From an uncultured Fibrobacterota bacterium (GTDB lineage: Bacteria > Fibrobacterota > Chitinivibrionia > Chitinivibrionales > FEN-1185): a DNA stretch of 64,000 bases. Position 1 is the first letter of the stretch. Each line of letters opens with the position of its first letter. The position numbers were made by a program, and so were the translations under genes. The notes under the pieces were generated by a model. It was not told the DNA's origin, made no database searches, and saw only the letters and a program-made list of their open reading frames with translations. Positions 41,168 to 50,931 of the stretch are shown here, piece after piece. Location: positions 8,972 to 72,971 of the forward strand of contig CAVWBU010000028.1 of the NCBI GenBank assembly GCA_963753345.1, given 5' to 3'.

Positions 41168-43015
41168 TCAACGGCTCACGTTCGCCATGTATTGTTCGCG
41201 GTAGAAGAACAGTTTGGGATCGGTGAACTTGTAGAAATAATTGCCGAAATCGATGCCGTCGCCGTGCACGCTTTTCACGCCGTAGCCCACATGCACGTGC
41301 GGCCCGCTGGTCTCACCCGTGAGCCCCACGGTCCCGACCACAGCGCCTTTTTTCACCATCTGGCCGGTCTGGTAGAACCGCTTGTCCATGTGCAAAAAGG
41401 TGAGGATCATGCCCTCCTTCGCAACGCCGAGCATGTGGCCCCCCGATGTGCTTTCGCGGTCCACCACCATGCCGTCGATCGGCGTGATGATGTTCGACCC
41501 GAGCCTCGCGGCAACGTCGATCCCGTAGTGCGGCGTGCCGCCGCCCATGCCGCGGTCGCACCAGTCCCCCGTGATGTAGGAGCAGGGGTCGTCGACCATC
41601 GCCATGAAGTAGTCGTACACGGGGAGCAGCTGTTTCTCGCGCGGGTTGACGATGGTTGACGGAGGATAAAAGACGACCGAGGTCCCCGACGGCAGCCCGT
41701 CGATGCCGGCGATGCGGGCCTCGCCCGGCAGCCTCGTCCTGTTGTAGATGTCGGCGGTTTCCTGCGCGTACCGACGGACGTCTTCGCCGCCGGGCACCAG
41801 CGCCCGGTAGCGGCAGATGACGAACTTTGCGTATTTGTAAAGAGATTCGCCGGGCAAGAACGTGTGCGCGATGAGCGGCCGCGACGGTTCGACAAGCTGC
41901 TGCGGGGCAACGGGACGCGGCGCCAGCGCGTTCGTGGCGGGAAGTCCGAGCCCCAGCGCTGCGCACACGAGGCAGGCGGCCGCAAGCCTTGGGACAAGGG
42001 ACGGCATGCGCCTGATGCTCCGCACAAACGGACGCGGCTGCGCGGCTGCGGGGCTGTTCAGAACATACTGCACCAGGCGGGAGAGCTCGTCAAACGCCTT
42101 GGTGGCCGCGCTGTACTGGTGAAAATCGTCGAGCGTCCTGCCTTCGTCCTGCGCGTCGCGGATCACGGCCGCCTCCGGAATCTCCAGATCGAACATCACC
42201 GATTGCGGAATGGTGGCAACCCCCGTGCGGGCCTTTAAACGCACCTGTTCGCACAGGCCGTCGAGATATCTGCGGTTCTCGTTCATGGTGCGCGTCTTGC
42301 CCTTTATCTTCGAATCCTGTCTGCCGAACACCTCGTTCTTGAGGATGCGCACGCGCACGCTCGGGTGCCTGCGGGCGAGTATCTTGACACTATGGAAATA
42401 GTTCTTGAGGCTCTTGGTTGAAAGCGCGTTGAGCGTCACCGGGATAAGGTTGAGGCTGCTGTGCAGGTACAGTGCTCGGGTAAGGGCGTTCCACACCGAC
42501 GGCGTGTCGAGGACGATGTACTTGTAGTAGGCCCGGCAGAGGTCGAGATTGTACAGGAAATTCTGGAGATGAAAAAACAGGACCGGCTTGAACAGGTCGG
42601 CATTGGCCGGGACAAGGTCGAGACCGGGGCGGATGGAACACACCACGTCCGTGAGGGTTCCCCGGCCCACGATCTGGGAAAACACCAGCGATTCGGCGCG
42701 GCCGAACCATTCCGCCGCGCGGCCCGCCAGGGACGCCGGCGTTCCGCTCTCCGCCGGCCGCGGAACGCCGAACCGACGGCGGAAAAGCTCCCATGAGGAA
42801 TTCCCGGACGCCGCAGGGTCCCTGCCCAACGCGACCGTGGCGCTTCCCTGAACGTCAAGGTCGATGCAAAGCGTAGGGCCTTTTCGCGAAAGCGCCGCCG
42901 CGAGATTGGTGGCAACCGTCGACTTCCCCACCCCGCCCTTGATATTGGCGACATGGACGACACCGCCGTTGTCGCAGTCGGCAAACACGAGCGTATCTGG
43001 GGCACGTCTGGCCAT
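41168..43015 (-). CDS. Fusion of a ParA/Soj-like ATPase, TM helix, LysM-like domain and M23 peptidase
   Basis: KGGVGKST, IDLDVQG, LVPAN, VLDTP; hydrophobic LAAACLVCAALGLGL; HTFLPGESLYKYA; HYGID and GPHVH zinc ligands. Confidence 0.85.
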   Translation of the reverse strand: MARRAPDTLVFADCDNGGVVHVANIKGGVGKSTVATNLAAALSRKGPTLCIDLDVQGSATVALGRDPAASGNSSWELFRRRFGVPRPAESGTPASLAGRAAEWFGRAESLVFSQIVGRGTLTDVVCSIRPGLDLVPANADLFKPVLFFHLQNFLYNLDLCRAYYKYIVLDTPSVWNALTRALYLHSSLNLIPVTLNALSTKSLKNYFHSVKILARRHPSVRVRILKNEVFGRQDSKIKGKTRTMNENRRYLDGLCEQVRLKARTGVATIPQSVMFDLEIPEAAVIRDAQDEGRTLDDFHQYSAATKAFDELSRLVQYVLNSPAAAQPRPFVRSIRRMPSLVPRLAAACLVCAALGLGLPATNALAPRPVAPQQLVEPSRPLIAHTFLPGESLYKYAKFVICRYRALVPGGEDVRRYAQETADIYNRTRLPGEARIAGIDGLPSGTSVVFYPPSTIVNPREKQLLPVYDYFMAMVDDPCSYITGDWCDRGMGGGTPHYGIDVAARLGSNIITPIDGMVVDRESTSGGHMLGVAKEGMILTFLHMDKRFYQTGQMVKKGAVVGTVGLTGETSGPHVHVGYGVKSVHGDGIDFGNYFYKFTDPKLFFYREQYMANVSR

Positions 43016-43042
43016 TCACCGCTCCCCGGGAAGTAGTACTGG

Positions 43043-43396
43043 TTACAGGCTGTGCGAAATCGCCTCGACAACGGTTTCGACTTCGGAAGGTTTCGGAAGG
43101 ACATAGTCCTTTTCGTGTCTGCTCCTGTCCGGGAGCGTCACGAAATTCGGCGGCGCATTGTAAAAGACCACGGGAACATGCTCGATCTTCTTCCCGATCT
43201 GGAAATAGGAATACATGGACCTGCCGCGGTGCCACGTGTCAAAGTCAATCAGGATCACGCCGGGCAGCGACGCATTGACACAAGCGAGAAAATCGTTGCA
43301 CGTGCCGCACTGCACGACTTTGTAACGATGCTTTTCAAGGATTTCGGCAAGCTTGGTTTTTCTGCTTTTGAGGTCGTCAAGAACAACAATGTCCAT
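43043..43396 (-). CDS. Atypical single-domain receiver protein
   Basis: VLDD, ILID and LPKP present; the conserved Thr/Ser after beta4 is absent. Confidence 0.7.
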   Translation of the reverse strand: MDIVVLDDLKSRKTKLAEILEKHRYKVVQCGTCNDFLACVNASLPGVILIDFDTWHRGRSMYSYFQIGKKIEHVPVVFYNAPPNFVTLPDRSRHEKDYVLPKPSEVETVVEAISHSL

Positions 43397-43433
43397 TTCC
43401 TATCCTCCTGTTTTTCGCGATGAATACCCGGCG

Positions 43434-44123
43434 TTAGTTCGAACGGGAGACTGCCATTTCCTCCACCAGATTTTCCGCCTTTTGCCGGTAGCCGGCGGCC
43501 TGGCTCGTGGTGTCGGATTCTATCCGTTTGCAGTAGCGCGCGGCATCGTCGGCCCTGCCCAGTTCCCTGCTGATGAGCGCGGCTTTCCACGCGATGGCCG
43601 ACTGCCGATACGTCAAGCGGGAATCATCGAGGGCTTTCGACAGACACTTGAGCGCTTGCTCTTTGTCTCCCTTCGCTTCATAGCATTCCGAAAGTCCCTC
43701 CTGAGCGTCCGCGGCGACAAACGCCGACTTCGCGGTGCCCGAAGCCGCCACGGTGAACCACGATATCGCCTCGTCGTATTTCTGCTGCCGCAGGAACACC
43801 GATCCGAGCACAAAAGCGCTGTACGCCGCCTGCGGGGAATTCTTGCTGTTGTCAACGACGGTCTTGAACGCCTCGACGGCCCCCCGTTCGTCCCCCGTCG
43901 AGTAGGCGACCATTGCCTTTCCGAAGGCGTCGACGGCCTTTTCTTCGCCGGACCGCATAAGATACCCGTAGACCAGGACGCCGGCCACCACGAGGCAGAC
44001 CGCGATGCCGGCCGCGGTGAGCGCATTGCCCCTCGATTCGGCAAAGTCCTTCGCCTTTGCCAGCAGGTCAAGGAACGGGTCCTGCCTCATCTCCTGCTTT
44101 TTCTTGCTGAACTTTATTTCCAA
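43434..44123 (-). CDS. Membrane-anchored TPR protein (YfgM-like)
   Basis: KQEMRQDPF motif, single TM helix, TPR helices; RBS GGGAGG before TTG. Confidence 0.8.
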   Translation of the reverse strand: MEIKFSKKKQEMRQDPFLDLLAKAKDFAESRGNALTAAGIAVCLVVAGVLVYGYLMRSGEEKAVDAFGKAMVAYSTGDERGAVEAFKTVVDNSKNSPQAAYSAFVLGSVFLRQQKYDEAISWFTVAASGTAKSAFVAADAQEGLSECYEAKGDKEQALKCLSKALDDSRLTYRQSAIAWKAALISRELGRADDAARYCKRIESDTTSQAAGYRQKAENLVEEMAVSRSN

Positions 44124-44306
44124 AATGTCCTCCCGATATTATTCTTCAAGATTGTTCTTCAAAAAGCGGTTTTGTAAAGGGGTCCGGAGTCAGATTGTTG
44201 TAAAATACATTCGCGGGGTGTTGTTTTTCAATTGCTTTCAAGTGCTTAAGAAGAGTTTGAATTCGGCGTTCCCATCGCCTTCGTTAAAAAAATAGAGCAA
44301 ATACTT

Positions 44307-44675
44307 GGGCGCCCCGCCGCTTCGCGGCGGCGGCCCTCCTTCCAGGCTCGGCCGTTCGGCCTCGTTGCCGGACCGCCCTATGCCTATCGGCCGGGTCGGC
44401 CGGCAATCCCGCTACGGCGGGACCATTTCAGTCCGGCCTGGCGCGCGGCAACAGAATTCTATTCAGTCAATGACTTCTTCCCGCGCCAATCGGCATTCGC
44501 AATAAACCGGTTAGGCACCTTGTTCGCATTTTCTACTTTTCTTTGTTTCAACTATTCTCCGTGGGTGCCGCCGCAGCAATGCATGGTCTTGCAGCCACTT
44601 TGCCAAGGCGGCTACCCAGGAGGGGGTGACGGAGGACCGTAGGGCCGCAGGCAGGGGGATACTTCCCCCCCCCCC
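44307..44675 (+). repeat. Composite structured repeat (module B 44307-44444 + module A 44557-44675)
   Basis: GGGCGCC...CCTGGCGC closing stem; module A has compensatory GCCGCC/GGCGGC. Confidence 0.85.
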
Positions 44676-44738
44676 ACACACACACAATCAATTCTTTTTG
44701 CAGAGTGCTTGATACTTGACTTGAAGCACAAACAACAA

Positions 44739-44765
44739 GCGCCCCGCTGGAAGACAGCGGAGCGC
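44739..44765 (-). terminator. Probable terminator hairpin after the 44799 gene
   Basis: GCGCCCCGCTG-gaaga-CAGCGGAGCGC, followed by TTGTTGTTTG on the minus strand. Confidence 0.55.
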
Positions 44766-44798
44766 CAAATTGCCAAAAGAGATTAACCAATGACCACT

Positions 44799-45989
44799 TT
44801 AGGGAGCAGGCCTATACGTGATATCGTCGAGCGCGTAGCTGGAACCGGCAGTGTATCCGGCTGCCGATGAAACAGGGGCCACGAACATCAGGTACTCCGT
44901 GATCGCGCTGAGATCGACCGTGGGAAAACTTGAAAGCGGAAGAGTGATCTCGTTCCAGGTGCCGTCGGCAGTATAGCCCAGCGTCGAGAGGTCGACAGCC
45001 GTGCCGGCGCCGCCGGTGGACGCGATAAACGCGCCGACACTCGGCGAGGTTCCGCGGATGTAGAAATGGATGCTTCCGCCGTAGAAACCGGACATGTCGA
45101 CCGAGCCGACAGCGGCGCTTACCACAAATCCCCATGTGGACCAGCCGACTGTTCCGCAGGTGACCAGCCAGCATTTTGTATTGCCTGTGTAGGGATTGAC
45201 CGTGCTTGCCCCGTCGAGCGCCGTCGACGTAAGGTGCAGCGACGTGTCGGCATTGGCGGCAGTGTAGTCCCACACCTGCACGGTTGTGTTCGCCCAATCG
45301 ATGCTCTTGGTGACCCGCTGCGAATATATCGCGGTTTCGGCCGACTTGGGGATCGCCGTAAGCACGCAGATCTGGCCGGAAAGCGTATACGAGGCAATGA
45401 ACTTCTTGAACGTCTTGTACCCGCCCTTCGTCGCGATGAGCGTGTCCGAAACATCCGCCGTCTTTGAAAGCGGCCGGCCGTTTATGTCCGGAACCAGCCT
45501 GAGTCCCGTCCCGGTAACGCGGACGCCGCTCAGCGACATTCTGCAAACGCTCGACCACGAGCCGATTCGAACCTTGACAAAATAGACTCCTGACGGGATT
45601 TCGGCGGCCGAGGGCGCGAACGAATAGACACCCCTTGCAAGCGTCCTGTCGAGCGCGCCGAGAACCAGGCGACCGTTTATGGAATACACGTCGATCCGGA
45701 CTGCCGAAGGTGACGCAACGGAAAACCGGATCGTGCTGCCGGCAACCGAGGCGGATACTGCCGCCGCATGCTCCTGCATACTCCTGACGGCCGTGGTCTG
45801 CGAAAGCGTGAATGAGCCGTCGCTCCCCGTGGTGGTCGAAATCCCCGCATACATCAGGCTCACTGTGGCGCCGGCAACCGGGTTGGCTGCGGCGTCGATT
45901 ACGCTCCCCGTGATGCTGATGTCCTGCGCACCCGCCTGCAAAGCAAGCGCCGCGACAAACGCGCACAGAACGGATCTTTTACGAATCAT
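44799..45989 (-). CDS. Secreted protein: carboxypeptidase-regulatory-like domain, internal T9SS-like domain, C-terminal carbohydrate-binding-like domain
   Basis: RBS AGGAGG, ITGSVIDAAANPVAGATV..TTGSDGSFTL, VRIDVYSINGRLV..PSGVYFVKV, DTLIATKGGY, WNEITLPLSSF..YALDDITY. Confidence 0.75.
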   Translation of the reverse strand: MIRKRSVLCAFVAALALQAGAQDISITGSVIDAAANPVAGATVSLMYAGISTTTGSDGSFTLSQTTAVRSMQEHAAAVSASVAGSTIRFSVASPSAVRIDVYSINGRLVLGALDRTLARGVYSFAPSAAEIPSGVYFVKVRIGSWSSVCRMSLSGVRVTGTGLRLVPDINGRPLSKTADVSDTLIATKGGYKTFKKFIASYTLSGQICVLTAIPKSAETAIYSQRVTKSIDWANTTVQVWDYTAANADTSLHLTSTALDGASTVNPYTGNTKCWLVTCGTVGWSTWGFVVSAAVGSVDMSGFYGGSIHFYIRGTSPSVGAFIASTGGAGTAVDLSTLGYTADGTWNEITLPLSSFPTVDLSAITEYLMFVAPVSSAAGYTAGSSYALDDITYRPAP

Positions 45990-46192
45990 ACAAACCTCCT
46001 GCATCGTGAAATGGTTTAAAAGGTACAGTCCCAGCGTTTTTTCAAGCGACAAATATAATAGAAAATGACGTTTTTCACAATGCAAAATTTACAATACGGG
46101 AAAATTTTACGGTCGGAATCGGAGTGAAGCGCTTTAATCAATGAGTTAGGGAGGCTGAACGGGAAAACGGCCGGGAAAATCTAAAAGGGTTC

Positions 46193-46219
46193 AAAAAAAA
46201 GGGGAGCTCGCGCTCCCCT
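46193..46219 (-). terminator. Rho-independent terminator
   Basis: GGGGAGC-tcgc-GCTCCCC with an 8-nt T-run on the minus strand. Confidence 0.85.
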
Positions 46220-46244
46220 CATAAGGATCAACCTATGGCCGGTC

Positions 46245-47042
46245 TTACTTCACAATTGAAATAGCGGAGCGGAATGTCCGCTCGCCGTTGTTGACCGACA
46301 CCAAATAGGTACCGTTCGAAACGGTCCGCGTGTTGAAATTGATCTGGTGCGAACCGGCGGTCATGGACCTGAGCGCGGACGAATAATCGGCGACCTGCAT
46401 CCCGCGCAGGTTGAAAAGCTTGAGCTCGGCCCTGTCGGGACGGGTGAGGTTGACAATAACGCCGTTCTTGACACAGCGGACATCGGCCGCCGTCCGGGCG
46501 CCCACCTGATTGGTCACCTTGGTATTGTCCACCATGATGGAAACGTTGCTGATGTAAATGGTCGCGCCCAGCGGAACGTTGCCGAAGCCGAGAGAGAAGT
46601 TGACCTGGCCGGAATCGTCGTCTGCCGCGGGCGAAAAGGGAAAGGAGTAGGTGGAATCGGTGGCGCCGATGGACACCATTGAGTCTGAGAACCAAACCGG
46701 CTCAGTCGTACCTGTGCCTACGGTCTTTACCTGGGTCGAAATGACGGAGGCGGCCGAGGCGTGTGACGTGAATGAATAGATGTAATTGACACCGGCCTGA
46801 AGTGTGATGTCCTCAAAATGGTAGAAAAAGACGTTCCAGGCAGCCGCACCGATTGCAGTTACCGTTAGGTGGAAAACACCGTTGGTGACCCCATAGGTGC
46901 TGAACCCCGTGCCCCAGTTTCCAACGATCCATTCGGGGGCTAGTGCGGCCGAGAAATCACCGTTCGTCACCAGATTGGTCTGCGCCTGCGACGCAGAAAA
47001 GGGAATGATACAGACGCACAGAGCAATAAGAAGACCGCGCAT
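46245..47042 (-). CDS. Secreted CBM4/9-like carbohydrate-binding protein with a C-terminal T9SS-like domain
   Basis: RBS AAGGAG, NLVTNGDFS..W..LQAGVNYIYSF..TIYISNVSI, LFNLRGMQV..VSNGTYLV. Confidence 0.8.
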   Translation of the reverse strand: MRGLLIALCVCIIPFSASQAQTNLVTNGDFSAALAPEWIVGNWGTGFSTYGVTNGVFHLTVTAIGAAAWNVFFYHFEDITLQAGVNYIYSFTSHASAASVISTQVKTVGTGTTEPVWFSDSMVSIGATDSTYSFPFSPAADDDSGQVNFSLGFGNVPLGATIYISNVSIMVDNTKVTNQVGARTAADVRCVKNGVIVNLTRPDRAELKLFNLRGMQVADYSSALRSMTAGSHQINFNTRTVSNGTYLVSVNNGERTFRSAISIVK

Positions 47043-47292
47043 AACAACTCCTTTTGAATAAAGGTTTAGAAAGGCTTGTTTCGTGGTTTGAGAATGCCCC
47101 GGTCCCAAGCCCCTTCCCGTTTCTACCGAGACATATTTCACAATATAAAACATGATCTTCTTTTTAGCAAAGGAAAAAGGACCGCATAAGAAGGCAAGAG
47201 GAACACTTTTTTGTGAAATTGCCGCCCATAGGTCATATATTTTGGGTAAGGAATTTCGATTTCATCCTGAATGAACCGGAAGAGGCCAATGC

Positions 47293-48135
47293 ATGCAGAA
47301 ATCACATCAAATCACCCTTGCCGTTCTTTGTATTATTCAAACAAGTCTCGCCCCAGCTGCGGTCTGCCAGACCTACCGGAACATCGCCCTCAACCCCAAT
47401 GACGTGCGGGCGCCCGGACACGGTTTTCCCCATGCGTCGTCGAACAGCGAATACCCCTGCAACTACGACACTGCCCCGAATTGTGTTCCCGACACCACCT
47501 TTCTGGCCTTAAGCGCAATCAACGGCGACACCCTCAACACGAGCCACGGGTCCCTCACTTACGCGTCCTGGGGGCCGCAGCTCACCGCACCCAGCCCGCT
47601 GTGGTGGAAGGTTGATTTCGGCCACGACGTGACCGTGGACAAGGTGAAAATCTGGGTGCGCGCCGACTGGTCGGGCGGTCACGACAGCTACTGGAAGCGC
47701 GCGACCATTGTCTTTACAAACGGCGCGAGGGACACCATAACAATCGATTCGCTCAAGACAGGCCAGGAATTTCCGTTTGCAAGCCGCACCACGCAGTCGA
47801 TAACCATAACAGACCTGGTTGCGAGCAATCCCGCCAAATGGTGCGCATTCACCGAAATTCAGGTGTGGGGATACGACCCGGCGACATCGGTTGTCTTGCC
47901 TCCCGCAAGCGCTCGCCCAGCATCCGCGTCGCCGGTAGTTTGTCTCGTGGCGGGAATATCATCCTGCCGCCTCCGCGTTCCCGCAGGAACTTCGCGCGTG
48001 GAACTCTATTCGGTTCTCGGAAAGAAAGTTTGGGAGTTCCCCTGCCAACCCCGCGAGAGCCAAACGCTGATTGACCTGCCCCGGAACCTGCCGCAGGGGG
48101 TGTTTGAGGCGAGATATGTGAAGGACGGGGATTAA
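47293..48135 (+). CDS. Secreted discoidin/F5-8-like carbohydrate-binding protein with a C-terminal sorting-like domain
   Basis: YRNIALNP, FPHASSNSE, AINGD, WWKVDFG, FTEIQVWG; C-terminal LYSVLGKKV..LPQGV. Confidence 0.7.
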   Translation: MQKSHQITLAVLCIIQTSLAPAAVCQTYRNIALNPNDVRAPGHGFPHASSNSEYPCNYDTAPNCVPDTTFLALSAINGDTLNTSHGSLTYASWGPQLTAPSPLWWKVDFGHDVTVDKVKIWVRADWSGGHDSYWKRATIVFTNGARDTITIDSLKTGQEFPFASRTTQSITITDLVASNPAKWCAFTEIQVWGYDPATSVVLPPASARPASASPVVCLVAGISSCRLRVPAGTSRVELYSVLGKKVWEFPCQPRESQTLIDLPRNLPQGVFEARYVKDGD

Positions 48136-48261
48136 GGGGCGGGGCGCCCATATTCTCTTTTAATCCTCGATTCATTTCTTCTTCCTGCCTCCCTCCTTGA
48201 TACCCCCAGCCCTCTCCCCGGCCTCAATTATTTTTGCCATGTTGAACACGGGAACACCCCT

Positions 48262-49800
48262 ATGGACGAATGGCTCGAACTGCAGGACCTTGTGGACCGG
48301 ATCGAGGATCTCCTCGAGCTGGGATTCCACGAAGACGCTTTGGCGCTTCTTGACGGATACGAATCACTGTACCCGGACGAATGGGAAATCCCGTTTCTCT
48401 ATTCGCGGGTGTATCTCGAGCAAGACGACCCTCGAACCGCAATCCCCTACCTTTACAAGGCGCTCAGGATCGAACGGAAGAACGTCGATGTGCTGCTCGG
48501 CCTCTTCTACGCCTATTCGGAGCTCGGCGCCCTTAAAAAATCCGGCAAGTACCTCTTCCGGGCCGACAAGTACAATCCCGGCACCGAGGCCGTGTTCAGC
48601 GCGATGATCTGGTACTACACCGAAACCAACCATTTCGACACGGCGGTGCAGTACTTCGAAAAAGCGCTCCAGATCGGGACCGACAACCCGGACACCTTCC
48701 GCAACGGAGGCATCGCGTACGAACGCCTCGGGGATTTCGAAAACGCGGAACATTGTTTCAAGACCGCCCTACAGCTCAATCCGCGTTTCGACGAGGCGAG
48801 GGACCTTCTCGCCGATCATTACATCTTTCTCGGCGAGACCGAAAAAAGCGTGGAGCTCTACCAGGAATACCTCAAGGACTCGCCGAGAAACGTGAAGACC
48901 CTTTCGCGGCTGGTGTTCTGTCTTTCGCAGAACAACCAGATCGACGACGCGCGCGCGCTTGCGCAGGAGACGATCCGCCTCTACCCCAACTCGCCCGTGG
49001 GGTACGTGGACCTTGCCTATGTGCACCTCAACGGCGGAGACCCGAAGGACGCGCTCGCCACGGCCGAAAGGGCGCTCGACGTTTCGCCGCTCGATGCAGA
49101 AGCGATCCGCGTCAAGGCAATCGCCTATTCGGAAATGCACATGGACAAGGAGGCGCGCACGGCGTTCGAGGCGGCGCTCGCCGCAGAGCCCGACAACCCG
49201 GAAATCATCCGCGATTACTACCACTTCCTGCGCGACATCGGCAGCGTCGGCCGCATGGAAAAGTACGTGCAGCGCGTGATAAAGCTGGAGCATCCCTACT
49301 GCATAGAAGACTACTGGTTCCTCGCCGACTTCTACCGCGAAAACGGGGAAAACCTGAAGGCCTTTGGTTACCTGCACCGCGCGTACGAAAGCATGCCCGG
49401 CGAAAAGGAGCTCATTCCCCCCATGGTCGACATCATGCTTGACATGGGGCACATTTCGTTCACCACCCCTTTCCTCATGCGATACGTCGAGCGAAGCGGC
49501 TGGAACGACATGATGACACGGTTTGCGCGCCACCGGCGGCTGCGGCACAAGCGGGCCCAGGAAGGCGTCCGGTTTCTGCGGTTCTACGGCCAGCGGCCAG
49601 CGGAATTCCGCAATTATGTTTTTTTCGTGTATCTTGAAAAGTTCGCCGTCCTGTCGCTGCTGTTTCTGCTTCCGTTCCTCGCCGTGCTCCTTTTCTTTCT
49701 GTTGGGAGTTCCCGGTCTCGTGGGGCTGTGCATTCTTGCCGGCTCGCTCGCGTTCGGATGGAAAACCGCGAAAACGGTGCTCAACCGAAGGCTCGCGTAA
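48262..49800 (+). CDS. Tetratricopeptide-repeat protein with C-terminal TM helices
   Basis: Many TPR units (ALQLNP, ALDVSP, ALAAEPDN); hydrophobic C-terminus. Confidence 0.9.
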   Translation: MDEWLELQDLVDRIEDLLELGFHEDALALLDGYESLYPDEWEIPFLYSRVYLEQDDPRTAIPYLYKALRIERKNVDVLLGLFYAYSELGALKKSGKYLFRADKYNPGTEAVFSAMIWYYTETNHFDTAVQYFEKALQIGTDNPDTFRNGGIAYERLGDFENAEHCFKTALQLNPRFDEARDLLADHYIFLGETEKSVELYQEYLKDSPRNVKTLSRLVFCLSQNNQIDDARALAQETIRLYPNSPVGYVDLAYVHLNGGDPKDALATAERALDVSPLDAEAIRVKAIAYSEMHMDKEARTAFEAALAAEPDNPEIIRDYYHFLRDIGSVGRMEKYVQRVIKLEHPYCIEDYWFLADFYRENGENLKAFGYLHRAYESMPGEKELIPPMVDIMLDMGHISFTTPFLMRYVERSGWNDMMTRFARHRRLRHKRAQEGVRFLRFYGQRPAEFRNYVFFVYLEKFAVLSLLFLLPFLAVLLFFLLGVPGLVGLCILAGSLAFGWKTAKTVLNRRLA

Positions 49801-49892
49801 TTTCATTATTGTCATGACCGTTGTCCTGCTCCGGCCAAACACGCGGGGATTGCGCTGATGGCGGCGTTCATTGTATACTGATTTTCACACCC

Positions 49893-50753
49893 ATGAATAT
49901 CGCCAACGCCATTAAAACGGTTCCGCAGCCGCTTCTCGTGATCTTCTACATCGCGGTCATATTCCTGTTCATGGTGCTCGACATCATCACCGGCCCCGAC
50001 CTTTCGTTCCTGGTGTTCTACCTTCTCCCCATCCTTATGGCAGCCTGGTTTTCCGGAAGGCGCATTGCATACGTTGTAACGGTCGCGGGCGCTGCCGCAT
50101 GGATCTATGCCGATGTAGTTTCGCACACCACCTACTCACATCCCATCGTTCCTTTCTGGAACGGCACCGTGGAGTTCTCCGTGTTCCTTATTGCCGCGGA
50201 AATCCTTTCGCGCCTCAGGGAGACGCTTGACCATGAAAAACACCTTGCGCGGAAGGACGAACTCACGGGCGCGGCCAACCGAAGGGCGTTTTACGAGGCG
50301 GCGCAGATCGAGATAGACCGCATGCACCGTTACAAGCACCCGTTCACGCTTGTCTACATCGACCTTGACAACTTCAAATCGGTCAACGACGCCCTCGGCC
50401 ACGAGGCCGGCGACCGCGTCCTGAGGCTCATTTCCGCGGCGATCATGCGCACCATCCGCTCCACGGACATCTTCGCGCGCATCGGCGGCGACGAATTCGT
50501 GGTGTTGCTTGCCGAAACCGGTAAGGACCAGGCCGCGCCCGTTGTCGAGAAGATCCACGCCGGCCTCATTGATGCCATGCGCAGCGGCGGCTGGCCCGTC
50601 ACCTTCTCCATCGGCGCCATGACCTACCTCCGGTCGCCCGGCGATGTCGACGCGCTTGTCAAGAAAGCCGACGACCTCATGTACGGCGCGAAACGGGACG
50701 GGAAGGACCGGATTAATTTCGGGGTGTGGAAGGAGTCGGCGTCGGCGAGATAA
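49893..50753 (+). CDS. Membrane diguanylate cyclase (GGDEF)
   Basis: Four TM helices, DELTGAANRR, DLDNFKSVND, RSTD I-site, RIGGDEF. Confidence 0.95.
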   Translation: MNIANAIKTVPQPLLVIFYIAVIFLFMVLDIITGPDLSFLVFYLLPILMAAWFSGRRIAYVVTVAGAAAWIYADVVSHTTYSHPIVPFWNGTVEFSVFLIAAEILSRLRETLDHEKHLARKDELTGAANRRAFYEAAQIEIDRMHRYKHPFTLVYIDLDNFKSVNDALGHEAGDRVLRLISAAIMRTIRSTDIFARIGGDEFVVLLAETGKDQAAPVVEKIHAGLIDAMRSGGWPVTFSIGAMTYLRSPGDVDALVKKADDLMYGAKRDGKDRINFGVWKESASAR

Positions 50754-50799
50754 CAATAGCGAAGCTCGTGATGTTTCGGTTATAACAAACTCAAGAACA

Positions 50800-50895
50800 A
50801 ATACATAATCAAGATATGGAAAGGGCTCTGCCCTTTAGATCCCGCTGGGAAAATGCTTATAATATCCCCCCTCCGAACCTCCCCCGGGGGAGGAT
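50800..50895 (+). repeat. Palindromic intergenic repeat, family C copy 2
   Basis: ATAATCAAGATATGGAAAGGGCTCTGCCCTTTAGATCCCGCTGGGAAAATGCTT...CCTCCCCCGGGGGAGG. Confidence 0.6.
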
Positions 50896-50931
50896 TTGAC
50901 AGGTGGGATGAGAATCCGTTGGACAATTCCC

